A stretch of DNA of 64,000 nucleotides from a bacterium (GTDB lineage: Bacteria; UBA8248), in contig OZ253442.1 of the NCBI GenBank assembly GCA_965261085.1, positions 576,001 to 640,000 of the forward strand, given 5' to 3'. A program made the position numbers and the translations under genes. Position 1 is the first letter of the stretch. Every line of letters begins with the position of its first letter. Shown here piece after piece: positions 29,517 to 40,754 of this stretch. The notes beneath the pieces were generated by a model that saw only the letters and a program-made list of their open reading frames with translations, was not told the DNA's origin and ran no database searches.

Positions 29517-30689
29517 CTACCTCCCCTTCTCCACCAACTCCCACTTGCCCTTTCGCACGCGCACCAGGGCGAGGGAGTCGGCATCGAGCCCGTTGTGGTC
29601 GTTTTTGGAGAAGCCGTAAGTTCCGTTCAGTCCCGTAAAATACTGCGTGTCTTCTATGGCGCTGGGGATTCGCGCCCGGTTCGCGCCCACGCCCCGCACC
29701 GCCCACGCCAAAAGGCGCAGCGCGTCGGCGGCGGCGGCGGCCGTCTCGCCCGGCGCGCTCTTGTATTTTTTCCGGTATTCGGCCCGAAACGTCATCAGAT
29801 CCTCCCTGGCGGGGTGGGATTCACTCAACAGGTGCGCCGCCGTGATCCAGGAGGCGGGTAACACCACGCCCTCGGCGGCCCGGCTCCCTTTTTTCGAGTC
29901 GAACAATCCCGGAGACGCATGAGAGACGTAGAGGGGCATCTCGAGGTCGAGCGCCGCGCGGGCGCGCACCAGGTCCACGCGAGACCCCCCGTGCGCCCAG
30001 TGCACGAAGCCCCCGACGCCGCGCAGGGAGGCTCGCTTCAAAATGGGCAGAAAATTATGCTCGCCCGGCTTGAAGGATTCGTTCAAGAGGATGGACACAC
30101 CGAATTCGGGCGCGAGCGCGGTGAGCTGCTCCCGCCCTTCCGTGCCGTAGCCCAGGGAGGAGCCCAGCATCGCCGCGCGCTTGACCCCCCTGCGCATCAG
30201 GTGGCTCAGTATCGCCCGGACGGGCAGGGCCGCCGGGATCGCGGTGGAAAACACCCACTTGCGCGGCGGAACGAGAATTTCCTCGGGCGCGGCCAGGGAG
30301 AAAAGCGGCACTTTCTCCTCTTCCGCCGCGCGAGCCGCAGCGATGGCGGCGTAATGCTCGGTGGGCCCTATCACAACGACGGCTTTGTGTTTGCGCGCCA
30401 GTTCGCGGACGGCAGCGGCGGCGGCTTCAGGACTCCCCTTGGTGTCGAGGGTGAGGAGAAAGATGCGCCCGCCGGCGACGCCCCTGCGGTTGATTCGCGC
30501 CATTTCAAGTAAAAGCGCGCTGCGGGCCTCCCGGCCTGAAACCGTGTCCGCTCTCGACAGGTTCAACACCAGCCCGACAGTGATCCTGCCCGGCGAAGCC
30601 GCCTCCGCGATCCCCGCGCCGATGCAACAAAAGACCCCCAGCGCCGCCACCCACTTCATGCGCCATCCGTTTTTGATCGCCACGCTCAT
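29517..30689 (-). CDS. ABC transporter substrate-binding protein (LivJ/K-like)
   Basis: Signal peptide, IN..GV.G..I, VIGP, F.GLNG.Y.FS..DH.GL. Confidence 0.85.
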   Translation of the reverse strand: MSVAIKNGWRMKWVAALGVFCCIGAGIAEAASPGRITVGLVLNLSRADTVSGREARSALLLEMARINRRGVAGGRIFLLTLDTKGSPEAAAAAVRELARKHKAVVVIGPTEHYAAIAAARAAEEEKVPLFSLAAPEEILVPPRKWVFSTAIPAALPVRAILSHLMRRGVKRAAMLGSSLGYGTEGREQLTALAPEFGVSILLNESFKPGEHNFLPILKRASLRGVGGFVHWAHGGSRVDLVRARAALDLEMPLYVSHASPGLFDSKKGSRAAEGVVLPASWITAAHLLSESHPAREDLMTFRAEYRKKYKSAPGETAAAAADALRLLAWAVRGVGANRARIPSAIEDTQYFTGLNGTYGFSKNDHNGLDADSLALVRVRKGKWELVEKGR

Positions 30690-30765
30690 GTTCTATCATT
30701 ACCCCGAAACTTAGAGCGCCGTCTTGGGAAACCCTATATACGCTTGATAACGGCTGGCCCGACGC

Positions 30766-31908
30766 ATGTCAAACAAACCGAAAAACAAACCGGCGAACCT
30801 GCGGCTCACCTCCCCGGAGCGGGGGCGATTCAGAAGACGCATATTAAGCTGGTACGACCGGGAGAAAAGAGAGCTTCCCTGGCGCGGGGAGAAAAACCCC
30901 TACCGGATCTGGGTTTCTGAAGCCATGCTCCAGCAAACCCGGGCGGATACCGTCCGGCGGCGCTACCCCGCTTTCATCGAACGGTTTCCCACCCTGGCCT
31001 CCCTGGCCGACGCGCCCCTGGACGCCGTATTGGCCGAATGGCAGGGTCTGGGATATTACGGCCGCGCGAGAAATTTACACCGCGCCGCACAGCAAGTGGT
31101 GAGCAGCGGCGCGATGCCCAAAACGCGCGAGGCGCTGCTGGCTCTGCCGGGGGTCGGCCCCTACATGGCGGGGGCGATCGCCAGCATCGCCTTCGGGGAG
31201 CGTTGCGCGGCTATCGACGGGAACGTCCTGCGTATCATGAGCCGGGTTCTCAACCTCTCGATTCCCATCAGCTCTCCACCCGCCCAAAAAGCCATCGGCG
31301 AGGAAACACAAGCGCTGATTCCGCGCGCAAGACCCGGCGATTTCAACCAGGCGCTGATGGACTTGGGCGCTCGTATCTGCCTGCCCAAAAACCCCGATTG
31401 CGCGATATGCCCCGTGCGCGATATGTGCGCAGGATGCGAAGCCGGAACCCAGAGCGCCCTGCCGGTGAAAACCGCCAAAAAACCACCCGCGCCGGTCACC
31501 GTCTTTCAGTTCCGTGCGGAGCGAAACGGGTTGGTTCTTCTCACCCAAAGAGAAAAAACCGGCCTTTTCGGCGGCATGTGGGAGTTGCCCGGCTTTACGG
31601 AAGAAGGCCACCACGAGAAGGCCGACTCCCGCCGGTTGAGAGCACATTGCGCAAGGCTCCTCGGGCCGGCTTGGCGTCCGGGACGCGAACTCGCCAGAAC
31701 CCAGAGAACGCTCACCCACAGAAAGATATTGTTCATCGTGTATCAGGCGGAAAATTTCGATGGGGAACCGCCGCAAGCGAATCAGGACGGCCTGTTGTGG
31801 GCGTCGGAGGAAGACTTCCGCACGCTTGCCGTCTCCACCGCCCAGCGGGCCGCGTGGCGCGCGGCGAGAAGCGCACTGCTCAATTTGGAGGGAAAACAGG
31901 GCGGATGA
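30766..31908 (+). CDS. mutY: A/G-specific adenine glycosylase
   Basis: LPWR, WVSE.MLQQT, W.GLGYY.RARNL, LPGVG.Y, DGNV, C-X6-C-X2-C-X5-C. Confidence 0.93.
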   Translation: MSNKPKNKPANLRLTSPERGRFRRRILSWYDREKRELPWRGEKNPYRIWVSEAMLQQTRADTVRRRYPAFIERFPTLASLADAPLDAVLAEWQGLGYYGRARNLHRAAQQVVSSGAMPKTREALLALPGVGPYMAGAIASIAFGERCAAIDGNVLRIMSRVLNLSIPISSPPAQKAIGEETQALIPRARPGDFNQALMDLGARICLPKNPDCAICPVRDMCAGCEAGTQSALPVKTAKKPPAPVTVFQFRAERNGLVLLTQREKTGLFGGMWELPGFTEEGHHEKADSRRLRAHCARLLGPAWRPGRELARTQRTLTHRKILFIVYQAENFDGEPPQANQDGLLWASEEDFRTLAVSTAQRAAWRAARSALLNLEGKQGG

Positions 31909-31942
31909 TGAAACCCGAGCTGCGCTTTCGGCCTCTTGAAGC

Positions 31943-32845
31943 TTACCGTCCGAAGTGATCGCTCAGATATTCCTCGAGCGTCCTGGGTGAGAGCCCAAAG
32001 GCCTCTTTCATGGGCGCCGGGTCGCACACGTTGTCCTCGCCCAGCATCGTTATCTGATCATCGGTGAAGGGAGGCTTCATCGGGAGCAGGTTAAACAGCC
32101 TGGCCTGTAAGCGCGCGATGGGCGTGGGCAGGGGCAGGAGCAGCCTTCTTTTACCCATCGCCTTCAACAGCATGGAGAGAATCTCTCTAATCGAATATGC
32201 GGTGTCTCCGCCCATATCGTAGGTCTGTCCGATGGTCTCGGGCATGGCTAGGCATTGCGCAAAGCATCGGCACACGTCCTCCACCCAAATGGGCTGGAGC
32301 TTCCCCCTCCCACCACCGATGAGGGGAAGAGCGGGCGCCATGCGCGCGATGCCGGCGAACGTGTTCAGGAACTCATCGTTCTCGCCGAAGATGATGGAGG
32401 GCCTGAATATCGTCCAGTCCAGATCGCTCTCGCGAACGAACTGCTCGGCGGCGAATTTGGATTTATGATACCGGGCGACGGCGTTTTCCCTCGTTCCCAG
32501 AGCACTCATGTGCACGAAACGCTTCACCCCCGCCTGCTCGGCGGCGGCCACCATGCGGCGCGTGCCCTCGGTATGGACCGTCTCGAAGCCGGGGGTTCCC
32601 TTCTCGATGATGATGCCGGCCAGGTGAACCACGGCGTCTTGTTTCTTCATCAGTTCGGCGAGTTGATCGACTGAATACTCCGTGATGTCGCCGCGAACCG
32701 GAAAGGCCCCGCTAATCGAGTCGAGGCGCTGCCTCGCCGGTTCGGGATCGCGCGAGAGCGTCCTGATATCATGGCCCGCCAGCGACAGAAGAGATAGAAG
32801 GCTACCGCCGACATATCCTGTCCCGCCCGTCAGAAAAACTTTCAT
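31943..32845 (-). CDS. NAD-dependent epimerase, NDUFA9-like family
   Basis: TGGTGYVG, SALG, Y..SK, RPS.IFG, QPIWVEDV. Confidence 0.88.
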   Translation of the reverse strand: MKVFLTGGTGYVGGSLLSLLSLAGHDIRTLSRDPEPARQRLDSISGAFPVRGDITEYSVDQLAELMKKQDAVVHLAGIIIEKGTPGFETVHTEGTRRMVAAAEQAGVKRFVHMSALGTRENAVARYHKSKFAAEQFVRESDLDWTIFRPSIIFGENDEFLNTFAGIARMAPALPLIGGGRGKLQPIWVEDVCRCFAQCLAMPETIGQTYDMGGDTAYSIREILSMLLKAMGKRRLLLPLPTPIARLQARLFNLLPMKPPFTDDQITMLGEDNVCDPAPMKEAFGLSPRTLEEYLSDHFGR

Positions 32846-32851
32846 GATTCA

Positions 32852-34219
32852 CTACCTCCCCCACGAAGCGGATGAATCCGCTCGGTGCTCGCCCCCGATG
32901 CGCGTGACGGTGCCCACCGGAGGTTCGTTCTTCGTCAACTCGCGCAATACCTCGCTCGCATAGGCCCCTGGCGGCAGGGTGAACCCAAGGCGCAGGCCCT
33001 CCTTTTCCGACCTCAGGCTCACCTCTTGTATTTGTACACGATATGGGCGTCTGGAACCATAAAGTTTCAGTCCCTCCAGCCCATCGAGAATGCCCGGCCC
33101 CCCGGCGCCGAGGGATTCTAGCACGCTTCGCTCGAGTTTTCCCGCCTCCCCGCGGGCTTCGATGAGCTTTCGACCAATCAGGGGCCCCGCCGGACTCGCC
33201 TCGAAGCACGCAAGCGCGCTCGCCTCCTTCTCGGGCGCGCCGACCCTTCTGGTCTTCCCCGTTTCATGGTGAAAAATCACGTCTCCCGACCAGAGACGAT
33301 CGTGCGCATGCGCTTCGAGCCTCCCCGCCAGGCAGAGGTTGAAAACCGCCGCCTGAAACGCGCCGCCGTACAAGACCCGCTCCCTTAGGGGAAGCGAAGC
33401 CACCGCTTGCCGGGGCGAGACCCCTTGCTCCAGGCGGGCGAGGGCTCGTCTTTCCGCCTCCCATGAGGGGGGATAGAGCTCCCGCGCGCCCCTGAACTCA
33501 CCTGCCTCATACCTGCGGGCGGCCTCCAGCAGGCGTTCATCCGCATCGTTTCGCGTGAGGGAAAACCGCGCCGAGCCCAAGAGCACGTCGAGAACACCCC
33601 GCCATTTCCCCCTCGTGAGCGCAAAACCGATTCGCGCCGTATGGCCGTGAACGCCGAACCTTTGATCACCAAAGGCGTTGGGCAGCCCCCGCGCGGCGAT
33701 ACAATCCAAAACCTCCTGCGCCCTCTCCCCGGCGTCCGGCGCGGTGTCTCGAACCAATATCTCGAAGCGATTGCCCGAAAGCGCGCCACGTCTCATCTGG
33801 ATCCGGGAGCGCGCCGCCTCGAGAACCCGGATCCCTTTTTGCTCCAGCATCGAGACGGAGTCGGGAACTTTTTGTGTTTTCGTCCGAAAAGAAAACCACT
33901 GCCGCGCCACCGCGTTGGTGTCTTTAAGACCCGCATACCCCGCCTCCGACTCGGGGATGTCCAGCGCCCGGCACAAGGTGCGCAACGCCTCGATGGTCGA
34001 GATTCCCCGCTTTTCCACCCATAGGTGGAGATGCTCTCCATCGCCGCTCGGGCTCGCAAGCGGAATCTCCTCCACGCGGAAATCCTCCGGCCTCGCGCGC
34101 AGCCGCCCGCCTATGCCGGGCACAGAGTCGGTAAGATACGCTCCCGCCAATTTTCTCTCTCCCGAAACCCCGTGAAACGCTCCCCTCGGCTCCCCGCCGG
34201 GTCCGCCGGGTCGGTTCAC
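32852..34219 (-). CDS. truD: tRNA pseudouridine-13 synthase
   Basis: PEDF.VEE, YAGLKD..AV..QW.S, GNRF.I, PN.FG.QRFG, F.LP.G.YA. Confidence 0.92.
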   Translation of the reverse strand: MNRPGGPGGEPRGAFHGVSGERKLAGAYLTDSVPGIGGRLRARPEDFRVEEIPLASPSGDGEHLHLWVEKRGISTIEALRTLCRALDIPESEAGYAGLKDTNAVARQWFSFRTKTQKVPDSVSMLEQKGIRVLEAARSRIQMRRGALSGNRFEILVRDTAPDAGERAQEVLDCIAARGLPNAFGDQRFGVHGHTARIGFALTRGKWRGVLDVLLGSARFSLTRNDADERLLEAARRYEAGEFRGARELYPPSWEAERRALARLEQGVSPRQAVASLPLRERVLYGGAFQAAVFNLCLAGRLEAHAHDRLWSGDVIFHHETGKTRRVGAPEKEASALACFEASPAGPLIGRKLIEARGEAGKLERSVLESLGAGGPGILDGLEGLKLYGSRRPYRVQIQEVSLRSEKEGLRLGFTLPPGAYASEVLRELTKNEPPVGTVTRIGGEHRADSSASWGR

Positions 34220-34309
34220 TCGATGCGCCCTTGGGTCTATACTCGCGGTTCCCGCCGAGCGGATCCATCCGGCGTCTTTTTGCGATTTTCTTTCTCATGA
34301 GGAACGAAC

Positions 34310-34828
34310 ATGTCCGGCATTTTCGACAAGACTTCTCTTTTTCTTTCGACCATCGCGGTTATCCTGACGTTTTTGGCGTATCAGAAAACCGGGGAACTCC
34401 CCTGGGGTTCCGTGGGCCGCGCGGGAAGCCTCATCCTGGACATTTTTCCCAAACTCATGATCGGCATGCTCATCGGCGCGCTCATGGCCGAAGTCCTGCC
34501 GAAGGAAATCATCCAAAACTGGCTCTCGGATCGCTCGGGCTGGCGCGGCATTCTCATCGGCTGGGTGGCGGGGTTCATGTTCCCCATGGGCGCGCCCTTC
34601 GTCTTATACCCGATCGTGGCGGGGCTGCTGAAGGGGGGCGCGGGCTTCGGGCCGATGGTAACCCTGCTCACCGCATCGGCGCTGATCGGCCCGGTGCGCA
34701 CTTTTGTGTTTGAAATTCCCGTCCTCGGAACGGAGTTCTTCATGTTCCGCGCCATTTCGATCTTCTGGGTTCCGCCCGTGGTGGGCCTTCTCTCGCAGAT
34801 GGTCGTGCGGGTGCTGAGAGGCGGGTGA
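34310..34828 (+). CDS. predicted permease (membrane protein)
   Basis: Multiple TM helices; LP.E.I..WL...SG.RG pattern. Confidence 0.7.
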   Translation: MSGIFDKTSLFLSTIAVILTFLAYQKTGELPWGSVGRAGSLILDIFPKLMIGMLIGALMAEVLPKEIIQNWLSDRSGWRGILIGWVAGFMFPMGAPFVLYPIVAGLLKGGAGFGPMVTLLTASALIGPVRTFVFEIPVLGTEFFMFRAISIFWVPPVVGLLSQMVVRVLRGG

Positions 34829-34886
34829 GGCGCTCAACACCCGAAAGCGCGGCCGGGGCGCAGACCCACCTCGCCCGGTTCTGGTT

Positions 34887-35786
34887 CTACGCGCTTCGCC
34901 TGGGGACTTCGATGGGCAGATCTTCCCTGTCGCCCCACTCTTTCCAGGAACCGAGATAGTTCCGGACCCTCTGGTAGCCGAGCAGCCGGTAGACGAGATA
35001 GGCGTGCGCCGAGCGGTAGCCGCCCTGGCAGAGCGGCGCCATTTCCTTGTCAGGAGTCAGGCCCCTGGGTTCGAGCAACTCCGCCAGTTCGGAAGCGGTT
35101 TTGAGCGACCCATCCGCCGCGATGGCCTCCGTCCACTCCAGGTGGACCGAACCCGGAACTGCGCCGCCGCGCGCGGCCCGGACGTTCTCGGCGAAATACT
35201 CACCCTCCGAGCGCGTGTCGTGAATCGCAACGTCCGGATCGCCTAGATGGTTCAGGATGTAGTCCGCCGTGGCGATGCGGCCCTCCTCGTACGGCTTGAG
35301 CCGGTTTGCGAACGAGGTTCTCAGAATCCGCTTGTGGCCCGCCACGCCCGCCTCGTAGGGACCTCCCGCCATCGGCCAGGCATCGCGCGTGAGGGGCAGT
35401 CCTGCGGCCTTCCATGCGTCGAGCCCGCCGTCTAAGACGTGCGCGTCCTCATGGCCCAGATATTCCAGGAACCAGAACCCGCGCGCTGCGCGGAAGCCCG
35501 TGTTTTCCTGGTAGAAGACCACCGTCTTATCATAATCGACGCCTCGTATCTCCATGAGATAAGCGAGCATCCAGGTGAAGGCGGCCAGCGCCTGCGGGCG
35601 GGTGTCGTTGAGCGAGATTCCGTACAGATCCAGGTGCGCGGCGCCCTCGATGTGGCCTGCGCAAAATTCCGGCGCCTGGCGGGTATCGATGATGACGAGA
35701 TCATCACCCTTGCGCTCGTCGATGCGCTCTTTGAGTTGCGAGGGCGTGAAGGCGAGGTCCGGATTCGCGTAGCCCTTATCGTTCAT
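34887..35786 (-). CDS. tandem rhodanese sulfurtransferase
   Basis: GHI.GA, LDGG..AW, CQGGYR, Y.GSW.EW. Confidence 0.9.
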   Translation of the reverse strand: MNDKGYANPDLAFTPSQLKERIDERKGDDLVIIDTRQAPEFCAGHIEGAAHLDLYGISLNDTRPQALAAFTWMLAYLMEIRGVDYDKTVVFYQENTGFRAARGFWFLEYLGHEDAHVLDGGLDAWKAAGLPLTRDAWPMAGGPYEAGVAGHKRILRTSFANRLKPYEEGRIATADYILNHLGDPDVAIHDTRSEGEYFAENVRAARGGAVPGSVHLEWTEAIAADGSLKTASELAELLEPRGLTPDKEMAPLCQGGYRSAHAYLVYRLLGYQRVRNYLGSWKEWGDREDLPIEVPRRSA

Positions 35787-35798
35787 CGGCGCAGCGCT

Positions 35799-36344
35799 CT
35801 ACCGGAACTCGCGGGGGCTGAGCGGCTCGAGCCTGTCCGTGAGCTCCCTTGTGATCGGCGATGCCTGGAGCGGACGCACGTACACCTTCGCCTTCCCCTC
35901 GGGGGTGACGAAGCGATAGCTCAGCTTGGCGACTTGGCTGTAGTTGTACCAGACGTGCGTGTTGCGCTCCCCGCCGGTGACCAAGAGCAAATGAATCATC
36001 TCGACCGCCCCGCCGGAGCGTGTGATAACCTCGAGCCGGTCGATCTCGCGGGCGAATGTTTCTGATTTTCCCGTCGCCAGCGTGATGGTGACGATGAGAT
36101 CCAGGGGGCGCTGAGGCTGCGTCGGCGTCAGGGGGGATTGCAGCGGCATCGCGGGCGCGGCCGGGGCCAGGGTCGGGGCTGCCGGAGGCGACTGGCCCGG
36201 AACCGTTCCGGGCGAAGCGGGCTGCGTTTCGGGTGGGGTCAGCGGCGGCGGCGTCAAACTCTGCGCCTCGGCGCTCACCGCCAAAAGAACCACCCCAAGT
36301 GTTGCGAGCAACAATCTCAGGATTCTCGTCTTAATCAAAAACAT
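35799..36344 (-). CDS. hypothetical secreted protein with Pro-rich linker
   Basis: Signal peptide ending AEA, Pro-rich stretch, small globular C-terminus. Confidence 0.7.
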   Translation of the reverse strand: MFLIKTRILRLLLATLGVVLLAVSAEAQSLTPPPLTPPETQPASPGTVPGQSPPAAPTLAPAAPAMPLQSPLTPTQPQRPLDLIVTITLATGKSETFAREIDRLEVITRSGGAVEMIHLLLVTGGERNTHVWYNYSQVAKLSYRFVTPEGKAKVYVRPLQASPITRELTDRLEPLSPREFR

Positions 36345-36406
36345 GTTCTCTCCTTTTCAGGGAGTCGCGTTTTGTATGTGTTCGAAAGACGTGTGCGCAT
36401 TATACC

Positions 36407-38017
36407 TCATTTCGCCGCATCCGCAGCGCAGCGAAACCCGTATGCGGGCAACCGGCGGTCGGGAACGTCGCCCGTTCTGTGCGATGAGGCCAGCGCCCAC
36501 CACCCGTTCACCCAGGATCCGCCCTTGAGCGTTCGCAGCACCCGCTCGTTTCGCCTAATCGGCTGAGCGTCTTCGGATCTATTTTTGAACTCATCCTCCA
36601 CCCACTCCCAAACGTTTCCGGCCAGATCCTCGACCCCGTGAATGCTGGCGCCCTCGGGCCGTCTTCCAACGGCCTTGGGGCCTCCCGCATCGGGGCTCAG
36701 GCCGAAAACGGCGTTCCTGTCGCGCTGCGTATTCCCCCACGGATACAGCCTGCCCTTGCCAGCGCCTTGGGCGGCGTATTCCCATTCAGACTCCGTGGGC
36801 AGTCGCTTCCCTGCCCATACACAGTACGCGCGCGCCTCTTCCCACGTCACCCCCACCACGGGAAGGTGCGGACCGGTAAAATGGACCTTGCGCCAAAAAG
36901 GGGGCTCGGGCCCGTTCGTCGCCCGTACGAAATTCGCGTAGAGAGCGTTCGTCACCTCGAACTTGTCCAGACGAAAAGGCCCGACCTCGACGGACCTGCC
37001 GCCCGTCGCTCTGAGAGGCGCGCGCCTGCGGCGCCATCTTCTGCGCGACCTTCTCGGGTAGGTGAACTCAACACCCATCATGAACCGCCCGCCGGGAATT
37101 TTCACCATACCCTCGAGTGAGGGCTTGCGGACGGGTGGTGGTTTCAACGTCTCGGGCGCAGGCTCGGGGGGCGTAAGTTTCGCGGTTTCGGTTTTCTCCT
37201 CGGGCTTTGGTTCCGTCTCTGGCGTTGATTCCGGTTCTGGGGCGACGTCGGGCTCAGGAGGAGCGCTTTTTGTGGTTGGCTCCTCCCCCTCTAGTGGAGA
37301 GGGTGGGGGTTCGGCCGAGGGTTTTTCCTCTTCTTTCTTTTCCGTCGGGAGTCGAGGGGGAGGCAGGCCCTTGATGGCGCGCGCCTTGAGTTCATACTCG
37401 ATGTTGGTGAGTTCGGGCCATCTCGCCTTGTCGATCGAGCCGAGCAACGCCTTCGCCTCTTTCAGTCGCCCGTATCGATACAGCAAATAGGCGAGACCGC
37501 GCCGAGCGCTGCCGCTTTCGGGGTAGCGCCTGTTCGCGCGCACGAAAAAGAGAAAAGCCTCATCGGGACGATTCGCGTCATAGAGGGTCCAGCCAAGGCC
37601 GGTGAGGGCATGGAGAAGTTCCGGCTCATGAATGAGCGCCTCGCGAAACCTTTTCTCGGCGAGTTCGTAATCTTCTTGCCGATAGGCCGCTTCTCCTTTT
37701 TCGCTCAAAATCGCGGCTCGGCTCGGTGGGGGCGGCTCGGGTTCCGGCGGCCGCTCGGACTCCTGCGGGAGCGCAGATTCCGCGGGAGAAGGCGACTTGC
37801 GCTGCGGCGGCGGCGCGGGCGCTGGAAAAGGCGTTCGTTTGAGCGCCCGGGCGGGGAAGGGAGCGTCCTGAGCCGTTTTTTGCTCCGGCGCTATCGACCC
37901 CCGGGCGGACGGCTCTGCGCCGCCGCATCCGGAAACCCCGAGGGCCAGCGCGAGGAAACACGCCGAAGCCGAGAGCAGAGGCGGATGTCCCTCCCCTTCA
38001 TTTATTTTTCGCATCAC
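36407..38017 (-). CDS. lipoprotein with TPR and FGE-sulfatase (SUMF1/PvdO-like) domains
   Basis: Lipobox-like GVSGC, TPR helices, RLPTE.EWEYAA, D.AGNVWEW, GFRCA. Confidence 0.85.
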   Translation of the reverse strand: MMRKINEGEGHPPLLSASACFLALALGVSGCGGAEPSARGSIAPEQKTAQDAPFPARALKRTPFPAPAPPPQRKSPSPAESALPQESERPPEPEPPPPSRAAILSEKGEAAYRQEDYELAEKRFREALIHEPELLHALTGLGWTLYDANRPDEAFLFFVRANRRYPESGSARRGLAYLLYRYGRLKEAKALLGSIDKARWPELTNIEYELKARAIKGLPPPRLPTEKKEEEKPSAEPPPSPLEGEEPTTKSAPPEPDVAPEPESTPETEPKPEEKTETAKLTPPEPAPETLKPPPVRKPSLEGMVKIPGGRFMMGVEFTYPRRSRRRWRRRRAPLRATGGRSVEVGPFRLDKFEVTNALYANFVRATNGPEPPFWRKVHFTGPHLPVVGVTWEEARAYCVWAGKRLPTESEWEYAAQGAGKGRLYPWGNTQRDRNAVFGLSPDAGGPKAVGRRPEGASIHGVEDLAGNVWEWVEDEFKNRSEDAQPIRRNERVLRTLKGGSWVNGWWALASSHRTGDVPDRRLPAYGFRCAADAAK

Positions 38018-38028
38018 TCACCCAGTGT

Positions 38029-40458
38029 TTACGGAGAGCCGTTTCCGTTCTCCTCGATACGGGCCAGGGCCGCGACGCGATCCCCTTCCTTGACCCCGAT
38101 GAGGCGAACGCCCTGCGTGGCGCGTCCGATGATGGAAACTTTCTGAACCCGGGAGCGAATGAGTTGCCCCCCGATGGTGATAAGCATAAATTCATCGTCC
38201 TCGGTCACCCGCTGAATGCCGATGACCGGCCCGTTCTTCTCGGTTACCTTGATGTTGATCACACCCTTGCCTCCCCGGTTCGTCAGCCGGTAATCGTCCA
38301 CACGACTGCGCTTGCCGTACCCGAATTCGGTGGCGGTGAGAATGATGTCTCCCGGCGAGACGACTTCCATGCCGATGACGTAGTCGTCTTTCGCCAGATC
38401 GATTCCGCGCACGCCGCGCGTGTTTCTGCCCATGGCGCGAACCTTGCCTTCGGGGAAACGGATGGCCTTGCCGTCTTTCGTTCCCAGGAACACGTCGAGA
38501 TTGCCGTCGGTCTGACCCACGCCGATGAGTTCGTCGCCCTCATCGAGATTGAGCGCGATGATGCCGCCCGCTCTCGGGCGGCTGAACGCCGTGAGCTGCG
38601 TTTTCTTGAGCACGCCTTTCCTGGTCGCCATGAGGATGTAGCGGTCGGGTTCGAACTTGCGCACCGGCATGACGGCGGAGACGAACTCTCCCGCCGCCAA
38701 CTGAAGCACGTTCACGATGGCCTTGCCGCGCGCCGCCCGTCCCCCCTGGGGAATCTCGTGCACCTTCAGCCAATGGCAGCGCCCGCGCGAGGTGAAGAAC
38801 ATCATGTAATCGTGCGTGGAGGCGATAAAGAGCTGTTCGACGAAATCCTCTTGTTTCGTCCCCATGCCCATCACGCCCTTGCCGCCCCGGCGCTGGGAAC
38901 GATACAGGGTAATGGCGTTTCGCTTGATATAGCCCGAATTCGAGATGGTGACCGCCATATCTTCTTCGACGATCATATCCTCAAGAGATATCTCGCTCGT
39001 TTCGTCCACGATCTCCGTTCGCCGCTCGTCCGCGAATTTCTCCCTGACCTCCAGAAGTTCCTTCTTGATAATGGAGGTCTGGAGCTTTCCGTCCACGAGC
39101 ACTTCCCGGAGGTGGGCGATGGCCTTTTGGAGTTCCTCGTATTCCGCCTCTATCTTGTCGCGCTCGAGGCCCGTGAGGCGCTGGAGCCTCATCTCCAGGA
39201 TGGCCTGGGCCTGGGGCTGGGTGAGACTGAAATTCCGCATGAGGCCGCCGCGCGCCTCCTCGGGCGTCTTGCTCCCCCGAATGAGCGCGATGACTTCTTC
39301 GATGTTGTCGAGCGCGATGCGGTAGCCCTCGAGTATGTGCGCCCTGTTCTCGGCCTTCTTGAGTTCGAAGCGGCTGCGCCTGAGGACGACCTCCCGGCGA
39401 TAGCGCAGGAAGTGGAAGAGCATTTCCTTCACGCCCATCACGCGCGGCTGGTTGTTCACGAGCGCCAGGAGAATGACGCCGAAGCTCGTCTGCATCTGGG
39501 TATGTTTGTAGAGCTGGTTCAGGACCGCTCCGCCCACGGCGTCTCTTTTGAGGTCGATGACGATGCGCATGCCGCTCCTGTCGCTCTCGTCCCTGATGTC
39601 GGAGATATCCATGATTTTCTGCGCGCGAACCAGGTCTGCTATCTTCTCGATGAGCCTCGACTTGTTGAGCGCGTAAGGAATCTCCGTCACCACGATGGAC
39701 TGCCGGTTCGTCCGTGCGTTGATCTCCACCACCGACCTGGCGCGCATCTGCACCGAGCCCCGGCCCGTCTCGTAGTAGCTCCTGATTCCTGAACGCCCGT
39801 TGATGATGCCCGCGGTAGGAAAATCCGGCCCCGGCATTCTCTCGAGAATTTCCTCGAGCGTGGCGTCTGCATTCTCCAGCACGTGAACGAGCGTATCGCA
39901 AAGCTCGCCCAGGTTATGGGGCGGGATGTTCGTGGCCATGCCGACGGCGATGCCCGTGGAGCCGTTCAGCAGCAGGTTGGGCACGCGGGAGGGGAGCACG
40001 GAGGGCTCCGTCCGCGTGTTGTCGTAATTGGGTCTGTAGTCGACGGTGTCTTTTTCGATGTCGGCAAGCAGGTTCTCGGCGAGCAACGTCATCCGCGCCT
40101 CGGTGTAGCGCATGGCCGCCGGCGGGTCGCCGTCCACGGAGCCGAAGTTGCCCTGCCCATCCACCAGGAGGCCGCGCAGGGAAAATTCCTGCGCCATGCG
40201 CGCCAGCGCCGGGTAGACCACCGCCTCACCGTGGGGATGATAGTTTCCGCTCACGTCGCCTGCTATCTTCGCGCATTTGCGAAACGCCTTGTTGTGCGAG
40301 AGGCCCAGATCGTTGAGTGTGGTGAGGATACGCCGCTGCACTGGCTTGAGTCCGTCGCGCACGTCGGGCAGGGCGCGCGCGATGATGACGCTCATCGCAT
40401 AGTCCATGAAGGACACGCTCATCTCCTGCTCTATGCTGACTTCGTGAAGGTTGTCCAT
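38029..40458 (-). CDS. gyrA: DNA gyrase subunit A
   Basis: [32 protein letters not shown], GyrA box QRRGGKG. Confidence 0.97.
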   Translation of the reverse strand: MDNLHEVSIEQEMSVSFMDYAMSVIIARALPDVRDGLKPVQRRILTTLNDLGLSHNKAFRKCAKIAGDVSGNYHPHGEAVVYPALARMAQEFSLRGLLVDGQGNFGSVDGDPPAAMRYTEARMTLLAENLLADIEKDTVDYRPNYDNTRTEPSVLPSRVPNLLLNGSTGIAVGMATNIPPHNLGELCDTLVHVLENADATLEEILERMPGPDFPTAGIINGRSGIRSYYETGRGSVQMRARSVVEINARTNRQSIVVTEIPYALNKSRLIEKIADLVRAQKIMDISDIRDESDRSGMRIVIDLKRDAVGGAVLNQLYKHTQMQTSFGVILLALVNNQPRVMGVKEMLFHFLRYRREVVLRRSRFELKKAENRAHILEGYRIALDNIEEVIALIRGSKTPEEARGGLMRNFSLTQPQAQAILEMRLQRLTGLERDKIEAEYEELQKAIAHLREVLVDGKLQTSIIKKELLEVREKFADERRTEIVDETSEISLEDMIVEEDMAVTISNSGYIKRNAITLYRSQRRGGKGVMGMGTKQEDFVEQLFIASTHDYMMFFTSRGRCHWLKVHEIPQGGRAARGKAIVNVLQLAAGEFVSAVMPVRKFEPDRYILMATRKGVLKKTQLTAFSRPRAGGIIALNLDEGDELIGVGQTDGNLDVFLGTKDGKAIRFPEGKVRAMGRNTRGVRGIDLAKDDYVIGMEVVSPGDIILTATEFGYGKRSRVDDYRLTNRGGKGVINIKVTEKNGPVIGIQRVTEDDEFMLITIGGQLIRSRVQKVSIIGRATQGVRLIGVKEGDRVAALARIEENGNGSP

Positions 40459-40754
40459 TGTCTCGAAACTCTCCTGGCGACGGCGCAAAAGGGGAACCGT
40501 CATGAAGTTCAAAATGCCGGATAGGGGCGACCCCAGGCGGGAAAAATAAACTCCTTATCTTATACCATAAAAACGGTTGCGATGGAAAACGAAAACAACG
40601 ACTTGCGGCATCTTTCGTTGGGCCGGAAGCCCCCCTTGCTTCAAGCTCAGGCCCTTACGTTTTCCAAGTTGCCTGTGCGCTTCCTTTCGCGGACAATACG
40701 CACGCTCGGACCCTGGGCGAAATGCAGACCCAACTTTTTCAAGTGAGGATGCCC

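Noticed and set aside
38164-39792. Long antisense ORFs (542 aa here; also 8568-9944, 9969-11342, 62301-63278)
   Set aside because: Shadows of real genes on the opposite strand in GC-rich DNA; no recognisable motifs
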